DNA of 64,000 bases from Candidatus Omnitrophota bacterium (lineage in GTDB: Bacteria > Omnitrophota > Gorgyraeia > 2-02-FULL-51-18), in contig CAMDWQ010000007.1 in assembly GCA_945877765.1 (NCBI GenBank), positions 23,024 to 87,023 on the forward strand, in the 5' to 3' direction. The position numbers were made by a program, and so were the translations under genes. Each line of letters opens with the position of its first letter. Positions within the stretch are counted from its first letter, which is position 1. The notes beneath the pieces were generated by a model that had not been told where the DNA came from, did not search any database, and saw only the letters and a program-made list of their open reading frames with translations. Positions 9,991 through 19,221 of this stretch are shown one piece after another.

Positions 9991-10018
9991 AAATAGGTAT
10001 AAATAGAATGGATATTTG

Positions 10019-10900
10019 ATGAAAAATAAAACTAAAAAAAATATCGTCCGAATTGGCTTGATTCAAACTCGCTCAGAGTCTGGTCCGGTTCCCAATTTAA
10101 AAAAAATAATTTTACAGATTAAAATTGCTGCCGCCAAAGGCGCGCAGATTATTTCGACCCAGGAACTTTTTACAACGCCTTACTTTTGCCAGACCGAAAA
10201 CACACAGAATTTTGATTTTGCCGAATCGATTCCAGGGCCGACAACCGACGCTTTGTGTAAAGTGGCCAAGTCCGAAAAAGTGGTGATCATTGCCTCATTG
10301 TTTGAAAAGCGCGGCAAGGGTGTGTATCACAATACCGCGGCGGTGATTGATGCGGATGGAAAGTACCTCGGGAAATACCGCAAGATGCATATTCCGGATG
10401 ACCCTGCGTTTTATGAAAAATTTTATTTTGTGCCTGGGGATTTGGGTTTTAAGACGTTTCAGACGAAGTACGCCAAAATCGGTGTGCTGATTTGCTGGGA
10501 TCAGTGGTTTCCGGAAGCAGCTAGGCTCACCGCTCTTGCGGGCGCGGATATTTTATTTTATCCGACGGCGATCGGATGGAAGCCGGAAGAACCTCAGCAA
10601 ACAGCGTCTTATCATGCGGCTTGGGAAACGATACAAAAGAGCCATGCCATCGCCAACGGCGTTTACGTGGCTTCGGTGAACCGCGTAGGCAAAGAGGGCG
10701 GGCTTCAGTTTTGGGGACAGTCGTTTATTGCCGATCCCTTCGGGCATGTGTTGTATCGCGCCTCTAGCGCCAAAGAAGAGATTGTCTTGGCGGATTGTGA
10801 TTTGAATCTGGTAGAGCAGACACGGAGAGAGTGGCCTTTTTTACGAGATCGTCGGATTGATGCCTATCCTCCTATTTTGTCGAGGTTGATCGAGAAGTGA
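10019..10900 (+). CDS. aguB: N-carbamoylputrescine amidase (carbon-nitrogen hydrolase)
   Basis: QELF, YRKMHIPDDP, ICWDQWFPE (E-K-C triad); adjacent to agmatine deiminase. Confidence 0.88.
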   Translation: MKNKTKKNIVRIGLIQTRSESGPVPNLKKIILQIKIAAAKGAQIISTQELFTTPYFCQTENTQNFDFAESIPGPTTDALCKVAKSEKVVIIASLFEKRGKGVYHNTAAVIDADGKYLGKYRKMHIPDDPAFYEKFYFVPGDLGFKTFQTKYAKIGVLICWDQWFPEAARLTALAGADILFYPTAIGWKPEEPQQTASYHAAWETIQKSHAIANGVYVASVNRVGKEGGLQFWGQSFIADPFGHVLYRASSAKEEIVLADCDLNLVEQTRREWPFLRDRRIDAYPPILSRLIEK

Positions 10901-11979
10901 GTCCTCTGAAATACCGAATGCCTGCCGAGTGGGAAACCCACGAAGCAACCTGGCTGACATGGCCCACCAATAAAATTACTTGGCCCGGCACGCTTTTAAA
11001 GCGTGTTGAAGAGATCTACTTAGAAATGATGCGGGGGCTCCTTCCTGGTGAGAAGGTCCAGCTTCTCGTCGATGATGTCAAAACAGGCAAACGTGTTCTT
11101 GGGCTTCTTGCCGCCAAAAAAATTCCGTCTACCAATCTTATCTTGCATGAAATTAAAACGGTGGATGTCTGGATTCGGGATTATGGACCTATTTTTGTAA
11201 AAAAGAGGATTGAGGATAGAGGATTGAGGATTGAGAAGAATCCAAAAAAATATTCAGAAATTGCGTTCACCAAATGGATTTTTAACGGCTGGGGCGGAAA
11301 GTATGCGGATCTGGCACGCGATACGAAGGTGGTCGACAAGAGCCGCTATTTAAAAAATTTTAATCGTTTTGATCCCGGCATTATCATGGAGGGTGGTTCC
11401 ATCGACGTTAATGGCTTGGGGACACTTCTTACGACCGAGCAGTGTCTTTTAAATAAAAATCGCAACCCAAAATTGTCGCGTCGGCAGATTGAAAAATATC
11501 TTAAGCTATATCTAGGAATCAAAAAAACAATATGGCTTAAAGAAGGTATCGAAGCCGATGACACGGACGGCCATGTCGATGACATCACGCGCTTTGCGGG
11601 GCCTCGGACGATTTTGACGGCCGTAGAATGCGACCCATTAGATAAAAATCATGCTTATCTTGAAGAAAATCTCCACCTATTAAAAGCCTCCACCGACCAG
11701 GACGGGAAAAAATTTAATATTATCGAATTGCCGATGCCCGGGATTGTGGGCCCGGCGCGTACGGATGCGGGTCATCACCGGCTTCCGGCAAGCTATGCCA
11801 ATTTTTACATCGGAAATCATGCGGTACTCGTCCCGATCTACAGCCACCGCAATGACAAGACTGCTCTTAAAATAATCCGCAAAGCGTTCCCCGCAAAAAA
11901 AGTAATCGGGATTGAGTGTTCGGCGTTGGTTTACGGCCTTGGTTCAATCCACTGCGTCACCCAGCAACAACCGCGATGA
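10897..11979 (+). CDS. aguA: Agmatine deiminase
   Basis: RMPAEW, WIRDYGP, EGGSIDVNG, DTDGHVD, ASYANF, GSIHCVTQQQP. Confidence 0.93.
   Translation: MSPLKYRMPAEWETHEATWLTWPTNKITWPGTLLKRVEEIYLEMMRGLLPGEKVQLLVDDVKTGKRVLGLLAAKKIPSTNLILHEIKTVDVWIRDYGPIFVKKRIEDRGLRIEKNPKKYSEIAFTKWIFNGWGGKYADLARDTKVVDKSRYLKNFNRFDPGIIMEGGSIDVNGLGTLLTTEQCLLNKNRNPKLSRRQIEKYLKLYLGIKKTIWLKEGIEADDTDGHVDDITRFAGPRTILTAVECDPLDKNHAYLEENLHLLKASTDQDGKKFNIIELPMPGIVGPARTDAGHHRLPASYANFYIGNHAVLVPIYSHRNDKTALKIIRKAFPAKKVIGIECSALVYGLGSIHCVTQQQPR
11205..11235 (+). repeat. Heptamer tandem repeat (GAGGATW) x4 inside aguA
   Basis: GAGGATT GAGGATA GAGGATT GAGGATT GAG, read as RIEDRGLRIE. Confidence 0.8.
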
Positions 11980-12863
11980 AAACAAAGCCTTACCGCATCG
12001 TTTTTTATTACCTCTTGATTCTAATCCGCAGTTTCTTTTATTTATTTCCCTACCAGGTAGGTATTTGGGTGGGCAGGTTGTTGGGCCGTGTTGTTTTTTA
12101 CCTTCTTGCGAAAGAACGAAACAAGACGATTAGTAACCTGAGATTGGCATTCGGTGAGCAACCGTCTGATCAAGAGCTTCGCCGTATCGCGCGGGCGGTG
12201 TTTGAAAATTATGGCATGATTGCCGCGGAGACCCAGTTGGTTGGCAAAATCATTCCCTGTCTTGATCGATGGGTGGATATTGAGGGTAAGGAAATACTGG
12301 ATGAGGCCTTGAAAAAAGGCCATGGGGTCATTGGCCTGATCGCGCACTTCGGTGACTGGGAGTTGATGGGCGGGTACTTGGCAATGAAAGGCTATCCTAT
12401 GGTGGCTGTCGCACGGAAAATTTATTATGAAAAATACAACCAGCTTTTAATTCAGGCGCGTGAAAGAATGAGCATTCGAGTAATCTATCGCGATCGTTCT
12501 CCCAGGGAAATGCTGCGCACCCTAAAAAATAACGATGTGCTTGTCATCGCGGCCGACCAGGATGTAGATTCTTTAGACGGCGTGTTTGTTAATTTTTTTA
12601 GCCGACCCGCTTACACGCCAGTTGCGCCGGTAAGGTTTTCAATGGCGGCGGGGGCACCGATTATTCCTGCTTTTATTATACGAGAAGGTTTTAAGCACCG
12701 GATCATCATTGAAAAACCCATCGAACTTACATTTACGGGAAACAAAGAAACGGATTTAGTGGCCAACACCCAAAAATGGGTGTCATTGCAGGAACAGTAT
12801 ATCCGACAATATCCCCATCTATGGGTGTGGAATCATAAGCGGTGGAGAACTAAAAGTGTTTAA
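11976..12863 (+). CDS. Lipid A biosynthesis lauroyl/acyltransferase (LpxL/HtrB family)
   Basis: AHFGDWE (HxxxxE), ADQD, WVWNHKRW; ATG overlaps the aguA stop (ATGA). Confidence 0.88.
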   Translation: MKTKPYRIVFYYLLILIRSFFYLFPYQVGIWVGRLLGRVVFYLLAKERNKTISNLRLAFGEQPSDQELRRIARAVFENYGMIAAETQLVGKIIPCLDRWVDIEGKEILDEALKKGHGVIGLIAHFGDWELMGGYLAMKGYPMVAVARKIYYEKYNQLLIQARERMSIRVIYRDRSPREMLRTLKNNDVLVIAADQDVDSLDGVFVNFFSRPAYTPVAPVRFSMAAGAPIIPAFIIREGFKHRIIIEKPIELTFTGNKETDLVANTQKWVSLQEQYIRQYPHLWVWNHKRWRTKSV

Positions 12864-12967
12864 CCACCCCGTCGCCTTCAGCGCCACCCCTCCTTCGTAA
12901 GGAGGGGAAAGAGAGCTCAATTTCCTCCCCTTACGAAGGGGAGGTGCCGAAGGCGGAGGGGTTGTAG
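12862..12967 (-). repeat. Family A REP-like doublet, copy 3 (reverse orientation, arms in swapped order)
   Basis: AACCACCCCGTCGCC...AAGGAGGGGAAA followed by TTTCCTCCCCTTACGAAGGGGAGG...GGGGTTGT. Confidence 0.92.
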
Positions 12968-13132
12968 GGTTTGGTGTTGTTTGTATTTTAAAAAGCTAAT
13001 TTTTGATTAATTAATCGATACAAAAAATAGATTTTAAGCAATTTTTAGCTGATCACGATATTGACGTTGAACATTGCCTCATGTAATGTACTGGGATAGG
13101 GTCAGAGCAAAGTATTCATTTGCTCGTTTTTC

Positions 13133-16100
13133 TTGTCTCATCAAATAATAAGCTTTCAAAAAGCGAAACTCAAAAATATGGGCCAAAAAAACCGCATCCA
13201 ATCATCCCCTAGGATTTACCCGCGGATTCTTCGTGTGATTTCTACCTGTCTTGTGCTTGCATTTACATTCAATGATTTTGCTCATGCGGCACCAGCGGAG
13301 TTGTTCACGCCGCGGATGGTGTTGAACCCGTCCAAGATCGAGTTTTCAGGCTCATTTGCTAAAGTAAGCGATGTATTTCAGGGTAAGAGCCCGCGTCTTT
13401 TGATCCACATTCAAGATGCGCACACCAACACCGGCGCTGAAAAAAATATTTCACAGACGCTGGAGGAATTGATCACCCGGTATCACATTAAAACAGTTTT
13501 CATGGAAGGCGGCACGCGGGATGATTCTCTGGATTTTCTGCGTCCGCTGGCTCCTCAAGAAGTGCGCGAGAAGATCGCGAAAAAATATCTGATGCAGGGT
13601 GAGCTAAACGGCGCCGAATATCTGAGCCTGGCTTCGGACCATTCCTTTAAGATTCTGGGTGTCGAAGACGCGTCGCTTTATCACCAAAATTTAAAGACGT
13701 ACGCCGCCGTCACCAAGCGCCGCGAGGCTGTCCTTTCCTATATAGGACAGATGGACCAGCGGGTTGATAGTATGAAGCGCCGCATTTACCCCAAAGCGCT
13801 CGTTGAGTTTGATGATTTTCTACAAAAATACAAAAATAAAGAAAAAAGCTTCACTGATTATTATACCGTGCTTTCTTCGACGGCCGTGCGTTACGGGATC
13901 AGTCTTCTGGGCTTTCCTCATTTTCTCTCACTGAAGGACCTCCAAGCCAAAGAAGACAGGATTGATTTTAAGAAAGCCAATACCGAACAAGCGGCGCTGG
14001 CAGGCCTTGTGTCCGACAAGACGCTGGCCGCTCACGCCGAAAAGATGAAATCCGGCAATTTAAATCCGCTGCCATTTTACGAGGCTGTTCTCGCCGAAGC
14101 CCATGCCAAGAAAATCAACTTGGGAGACTATCCCAACTTTTCGGCCTACGTAGACTATCTGCGAGATTATTCCAAGATTAAAATGGAGCGCCTCTTAAAC
14201 GAGACACGCATCTTAGAAGAAGTAATTTATCAGAAAGCGCTCCCCGAAGAAGATGTGTTTTACCTCTATCGGCTCGACAAGTACCTCAGCGTCTTAAAGA
14301 GCCTCTTTTCCCTGCAGGCGACGCCCCAGGAGTTTGACGACTATTCACTCCTGCAAAAGGACATGCGCTTTAACACCGCGGTCTGCCTGGCCTATATCAA
14401 CCGTAAATTATATGACCTAGGCAATTACGCCGATGTCGTGGCCACCGATTCTATTTTGGATGAGAACAAAAAAGAAATTGAAGATTTCTACCGCGTGACC
14501 GGCGACCGCGATGAGGTATTTTTAAACAAGTCGCTTGCTGAAATGGAAAAAAACAATATTTCCGCTGCCGTCCTCATCACCGGCGGCTATCACACTCCAA
14601 GCCTTCGTCAAAAAATGAAAGAACGCAACATCTCCTACGCCGTCGTGACTCCCGCGGTTACCGAAGAAACCAATCTCGTGCGTTATGAAAAAATTCTTCT
14701 TTCCCGCGCGGGTCTTGAGGCACAACTTCCTTTAGACAAAAAAGAAATCGTCAGTGGCCGCCAGGATTTTATCAACCCCACGCTTAACGCGGAAGTTCCG
14801 AGGACTCCGATCGTTTCAAAAATTAGTAGTGAATTCCAAATGCTGGGATTTCAACCCAGTACACCTAACAAAACTTTAAATGCTGCTAGGCTAGCTAAGG
14901 GAAAAATAACCCATCAAGATGCGTCCGCCGCGCGGTTGAGCGAGGCTGCTTCCTCTCAATCCCCAACAAAGCCGGCAAAGTTTTCTTTAAAAAGGTGGCT
15001 GTTAATTGGGGTCATCTCGTTTGCAATTTTGCAGATACTTCTTGTAAATGGTTCGCTCTACGTTGCGCTTTCAATACCACCAAGCGGCATGGTCACTGAT
15101 GCGCAGGAGGTCAATGGAGTGAGATCTTTAGGCCCTGTAAACACTATTCCTTACACAAGTATTCCTGCCCCTGGGTTTTTTGTTCGTGTGTTCAAATTTT
15201 TTGGGGGCACTACTAAGGGGGGGAATCCGGTTAAGTTTGAATATACTCCTAATGGTGAGAAGGTTACCCTTCCGGACGGGGAAGTGATATTAATAGTTCC
15301 AAAAAATACTTCAGCGCCTGAAAATGAGGAGGTAACCTCCGAAGCTTTAGGAGACGGTGCACGGTTGGCCAACTACACCCCGGTTTTGGGTATTGTGGCG
15401 GTAGTGGTGTTTATAGCCTCTGTCTTGCAAAATATCTCACGTAAAGCAGATCCAAATTACGTCCCAACGCCGGCAGAGGTGATTGAAGAACAAGCCATGA
15501 TAAACGATATTCGGAGTAGGGCCTTGGAGGTAGCAGGAAAAATTAGGCATGGGATTGGGGACATAGCCAGTGGCAGTATTTCTAAAAATGACAATTCCGT
15601 AAAAATTGCTTCTATATTATTTGAAGGGCTTGACCAAAAGGAAAAAAATATTTTTTTCTCTACTCTGATTGAGATCTTGCGTGAAGTGATCAATCCTGCT
15701 CATCAGTATCATGAAGACACACCAAGAATTTTATCTGTGCTGGCAGATTGGGGTAGGCTCAATCCAGAGAATTTGCAATTTTTAATTGCCCAGTTAAACA
15801 AAGAAGAAAACCCAGGTGTTGCGGAAATTCTCAAGACAGCTATCGGGGCACGAGAAATTACTACTAAACAAAATCGCGAACTTTCTCCTGAAGAGCGCCG
15901 TCAATTCGGGCTTTCTGAAAAACCATTTGATCCTAGAGATGCCAGCAAAGTCCTATTTAATTATAAGAGTGGTCCAATAGATAACGAGATGAAAGAAGGT
16001 AGTATTTTTGGATCATTTCCGTGGATTAGCGAGACTGAAGTAAAAAATACAGAAAAACCAGAGCCATCCGGGGCAGTGGATCCATCCGGAGGGGCGCGGT

Positions 16101-18919
16101 TGGCGGCGAGTCGGACCAAAACGATGAAAAAGTCAGACACGGGGCGACTTCAAAATTCAGCCGATGCCATGGTCAAGGATATTCGTAAGATGGATGGGCA
16201 TTTGCTTGGTCTTGCAAAATTAGTCCAGCGCCAAATGGGTCTTGAGTCCGACAATCCAAAAAAATCTCTGTTAATGATTCCTAATTCAATCCAGAAGCCT
16301 AATTTGAAAAGCTTGGCGGGGAAGCGCGCGGTTTATGCTGATCTTGGCGGCTCGACGCTTCACATGGGAGAGATTGAAATTGGTGTCGATGGAACGATCA
16401 CAGTGTTGTGGGAAAAGCCTATGCCTCTAGGGGATCATGTCTCCGAGGGGGGTTCTAAACTTTTTGATTTCATGGCTCAGCAGATCCTTCAGACGGTCCG
16501 CGAAAAGTCAGGTGATCTTGAACAGCCAAAGATCATGGGTTTTACGTTCTCATTTCCTCATCAAAATGGTGTTGTTATCAAAAAATCCAGCACCAAAGGG
16601 TTTAATTTTAGTGACATCATCGGCCAAAATGTCATGGAGCTAATGAATGAGCGTCTTAAAAAAAGCAGTGCTAAATATGGTATTAAACAACTTGAAGTCG
16701 TTGCAGTTACCAATGATACCGAGGGTGCCATGGTTCAGGGAATGGTGCGCTTCAAAAATGCCCTTGTCAGCGTCATCGCCGGGTCCGGATTTAACACGGC
16801 TGTCTGGTGGCTTAATCAGATGTTTAATATGGAGTCAGGGGGCCTTCGTATTCGGAACAATTGGCTGGGTAAGCATGATTTGAAGGTGATGAAGCGTGGT
16901 GCCGAAGAGCTGATTTCCGGACATTTTTTGGGTCTTCAGCTTCGCGCGCGGCTTTTAGATCTGGTAAGAAACTACGGTCTTTTTGGCGGAAAAGTGACTA
17001 GGGCTCTTAGGCTAAGAAAAGGGATTTCATCCGAAATCGTGACGAGTATTTATGAGGCTCGCAGCAATAGGAAAATACAAGAAATTTTGAGCACTATCGG
17101 AATAACTAACGTAAGTAATCAAGACGCTCAGATCGTCAAGGAAATCTCAAGCGCTCTTGTAGAGCGTTCGTTTAAGGTTAACGCAGGGATCATTGCGGGA
17201 TCATTAGCTAAAACAAAGACAACCAAAAGGGCCCAGGTAGCTGTTGATGGTGCCTTATGGAAAATACCTGCTTACACAAGAGGAGTGCAGAGACAGCTTA
17301 ATCTACTTTTACAGGAACTTAATTTACCCAGAGCCCAAATCAGAAGGGTCAATAATGCTTCCGGAATTGGATCGGCGGTCACGGCGTTAGTTGTTAATTC
17401 TCAACAAGACTCCGCCGCTCGGCTTGCTACTAAAACAGAAGAAACGAATCCCCCATTAACGGTTTACTACGTTGGCCGCGATGATCGATCAATCCAAATA
17501 AGTCATGGAGTGGGATTTGGGACTCAGGTGTACTATAGAGATGTTCCTGAGTCACTGAATTTAAAAAATTTAAATAGACAACAGGCTATGGGGGCACTGG
17601 TACAGATCGCCGATGCACTTGATGCTCAACTTCCCGGAGATAAGCATGATTTACGTTTTCGTCCTAGTAAGGATGATTCGGCTAGAGCAGCAAATAAAGA
17701 TATTCGCCAAAAAATATCAAATGTAGTGCAAGGATTAAAATTTGATATTCCCGGTGCAGCCCGGCTTGCTACGAGCCCGGCGAAGTCAGTTGTGGATGAT
17801 AAGTCAGCTGTTTTAAATGTGCTTCAGGACAGCCTTGCCACCCAAGGTTCTCGTTTATCATCAGAGAGTCATTTTGGTGGATCTCAAGCTGAATTAATTC
17901 CAGACACCACCCAAGTCGCAGCGCGTCTTGCGGCTGCTAATGAGAGTAAAATTTCCCTAGCAAAGCGCCTGCAGTATCCCTTTCTTTTATTGTTAACGTC
18001 GCTAAGCATCGTGACGTTTGATTTTGCCCAGGAGAACGGACAAGGATCAATAGCGATTGATATTCAAGTGCAAGACGCTGACCCCGCTGTTTCATCAATT
18101 AGGTTACATCCGAGGCAGTTTAAGGCTGCTATAGCGGGTGAACTGATCAATTTTATCAACACCGCAGCTTTTGAAGCCGCTGGCAATGCGCGCAATCTGT
18201 TAAGCCAAAATGTTCCCGCATGGAGCTATGAGGATGCGGTATGGAATCCTCTGATGAAAGCGCCCCTGACTAACGCGAGCGGTATTCAAGCGGTGGAAGT
18301 ATTTCTTCCCGCGACGATTTTAAAGAATGTGGCAGATCTTCGTCAGGCGCTTCAAAAGGCCAGCATGGTGTCTAAGAGCCGCGGGGTTCACATCGTGATC
18401 AATATTCTTTCTAAGGAGGGAAACCTTACGCCGTCCGAAAGAACTCTAATTGACAAAGAAATTTCCGCCATAGGGAATTCTCGTTTAGGGGTAGATTATC
18501 GCTCGGTCAGCGAGGGACAGACGCTATCAGAAGCTGCCCTGGAAAAACTTGCCGAGCAGCAAGAAGGCCTGGAAAAATTAAAGCAAGGGACTACTAAAGT
18601 AATGTTAATCGCCAGCTCTTCTAACGAGCAGGAGATTTTGAGTCAGATTGGAACGATTGATGCCGTTTACCGGGATAGCATTTTTTCGGCGGGCGCCGAT
18701 ATTCTGTCCAACGAACAGGCAAATCTTGGCGCGTTTTCTCTGGCTGAGATGATGGCTGTTTCACTTTACCAGGCCATGGGACTTGAGACGATGCTACCCT
18801 CCATCCTGAATTTACGATCTGTTATCGTGTCTGGGCGCCGTTTGTTTATTTTTACCTTCAATCTCAACCAGGAACTGGTTTTACTTCGCCTGGCACGCCA
18901 AGCCGAAATCGCCGCTTAA
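13133..18919 (+). CDS. Large secreted modular protein: Tiki/ChaN/EreA-like N-terminal domain, [AG][AS]RL[AS]-delimited modules, internal hexokinase domain
   Basis: 1928-aa ORF (likely start ATG 13178); signal peptide ending in AHA; QDAH, EG, RD and GGYH motifs; hexokinase motifs DLGGS, GFTFSFP, TKGF, NDT, GSGFN, SGIGSA. Confidence 0.8.
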   Translation: MSHQIISFQKAKLKNMGQKNRIQSSPRIYPRILRVISTCLVLAFTFNDFAHAAPAELFTPRMVLNPSKIEFSGSFAKVSDVFQGKSPRLLIHIQDAHTNTGAEKNISQTLEELITRYHIKTVFMEGGTRDDSLDFLRPLAPQEVREKIAKKYLMQGELNGAEYLSLASDHSFKILGVEDASLYHQNLKTYAAVTKRREAVLSYIGQMDQRVDSMKRRIYPKALVEFDDFLQKYKNKEKSFTDYYTVLSSTAVRYGISLLGFPHFLSLKDLQAKEDRIDFKKANTEQAALAGLVSDKTLAAHAEKMKSGNLNPLPFYEAVLAEAHAKKINLGDYPNFSAYVDYLRDYSKIKMERLLNETRILEEVIYQKALPEEDVFYLYRLDKYLSVLKSLFSLQATPQEFDDYSLLQKDMRFNTAVCLAYINRKLYDLGNYADVVATDSILDENKKEIEDFYRVTGDRDEVFLNKSLAEMEKNNISAAVLITGGYHTPSLRQKMKERNISYAVVTPAVTEETNLVRYEKILLSRAGLEAQLPLDKKEIVSGRQDFINPTLNAEVPRTPIVSKISSEFQMLGFQPSTPNKTLNAARLAKGKITHQDASAARLSEAASSQSPTKPAKFSLKRWLLIGVISFAILQILLVNGSLYVALSIPPSGMVTDAQEVNGVRSLGPVNTIPYTSIPAPGFFVRVFKFFGGTTKGGNPVKFEYTPNGEKVTLPDGEVILIVPKNTSAPENEEVTSEALGDGARLANYTPVLGIVAVVVFIASVLQNISRKADPNYVPTPAEVIEEQAMINDIRSRALEVAGKIRHGIGDIASGSISKNDNSVKIASILFEGLDQKEKNIFFSTLIEILREVINPAHQYHEDTPRILSVLADWGRLNPENLQFLIAQLNKEENPGVAEILKTAIGAREITTKQNRELSPEERRQFGLSEKPFDPRDASKVLFNYKSGPIDNEMKEGSIFGSFPWISETEVKNTEKPEPSGAVDPSGGARLAASRTKTMKKSDTGRLQNSADAMVKDIRKMDGHLLGLAKLVQRQMGLESDNPKKSLLMIPNSIQKPNLKSLAGKRAVYADLGGSTLHMGEIEIGVDGTITVLWEKPMPLGDHVSEGGSKLFDFMAQQILQTVREKSGDLEQPKIMGFTFSFPHQNGVVIKKSSTKGFNFSDIIGQNVMELMNERLKKSSAKYGIKQLEVVAVTNDTEGAMVQGMVRFKNALVSVIAGSGFNTAVWWLNQMFNMESGGLRIRNNWLGKHDLKVMKRGAEELISGHFLGLQLRARLLDLVRNYGLFGGKVTRALRLRKGISSEIVTSIYEARSNRKIQEILSTIGITNVSNQDAQIVKEISSALVERSFKVNAGIIAGSLAKTKTTKRAQVAVDGALWKIPAYTRGVQRQLNLLLQELNLPRAQIRRVNNASGIGSAVTALVVNSQQDSAARLATKTEETNPPLTVYYVGRDDRSIQISHGVGFGTQVYYRDVPESLNLKNLNRQQAMGALVQIADALDAQLPGDKHDLRFRPSKDDSARAANKDIRQKISNVVQGLKFDIPGAARLATSPAKSVVDDKSAVLNVLQDSLATQGSRLSSESHFGGSQAELIPDTTQVAARLAAANESKISLAKRLQYPFLLLLTSLSIVTFDFAQENGQGSIAIDIQVQDADPAVSSIRLHPRQFKAAIAGELINFINTAAFEAAGNARNLLSQNVPAWSYEDAVWNPLMKAPLTNASGIQAVEVFLPATILKNVADLRQALQKASMVSKSRGVHIVINILSKEGNLTPSERTLIDKEISAIGNSRLGVDYRSVSEGQTLSEAALEKLAEQQEGLEKLKQGTTKVMLIASSSNEQEILSQIGTIDAVYRDSIFSAGADILSNEQANLGAFSLAEMMAVSLYQAMGLETMLPSILNLRSVIVSGRRLFIFTFNLNQELVLLRLARQAEIAA

Positions 18920-18951
18920 CCCCTTACATTATATTTCAGGGGTTGCTTTTT
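18918..18951 (+). terminator. Possible intrinsic terminator after the large gene
   Basis: AACCCCT / AGGGGTT stem followed by GCTTTTT; loop is long, so this is a weak call. Confidence 0.4.
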
Positions 18952-18984
18952 CTTTAAAACGTTGTATACTTTAACTATCGATAG
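18943..18984 (+). promoter_or_regulatory. Sigma70-type promoter with a palindromic operator candidate for the TA operon
   Basis: TTGCTT-16 nt-TATACT, then palindrome CTATCGATAG at 18975-18984. Confidence 0.5.
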
Positions 18985-19011
18985 ATAAAACGTAAAACAA
19001 ATGAGGCCGCT

Positions 19012-19221
19012 ATGTCACAGGTACTTGTATCCACCAAATATCAGGTCGTGATTCCCAAGGATGTCCGAAGGCAATTGGAAATACATCCCGGGCAGAAGAT
19101 GAGTTGTATTGCGATTAATCGGGCGATTCATTTGGTGCCGGTTAAGCCGATGAGTCAGTCAAGGGGGATTGCCAAAGGGATTTCTCTTGTTGGATATCGA
19201 GAGAAAAAGGACCGCATGTGA
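19012..19221 (+). CDS. AbrB/MazE/SpoVT family antitoxin
   Basis: VSTKYQVVIPKDVRRQL swapped-hairpin signature; overlaps a PIN toxin gene. Confidence 0.9.
   Translation: MSQVLVSTKYQVVIPKDVRRQLEIHPGQKMSCIAINRAIHLVPVKPMSQSRGIAKGISLVGYREKKDRM

Noticed and set aside
18890-18919. ssrA-like degron at the end of the large protein (AEIAA)
   Set aside because: A terminal AA alone is too weak as evidence, and the protein appears to be exported; it could be revisited if homologs conserve the tail.
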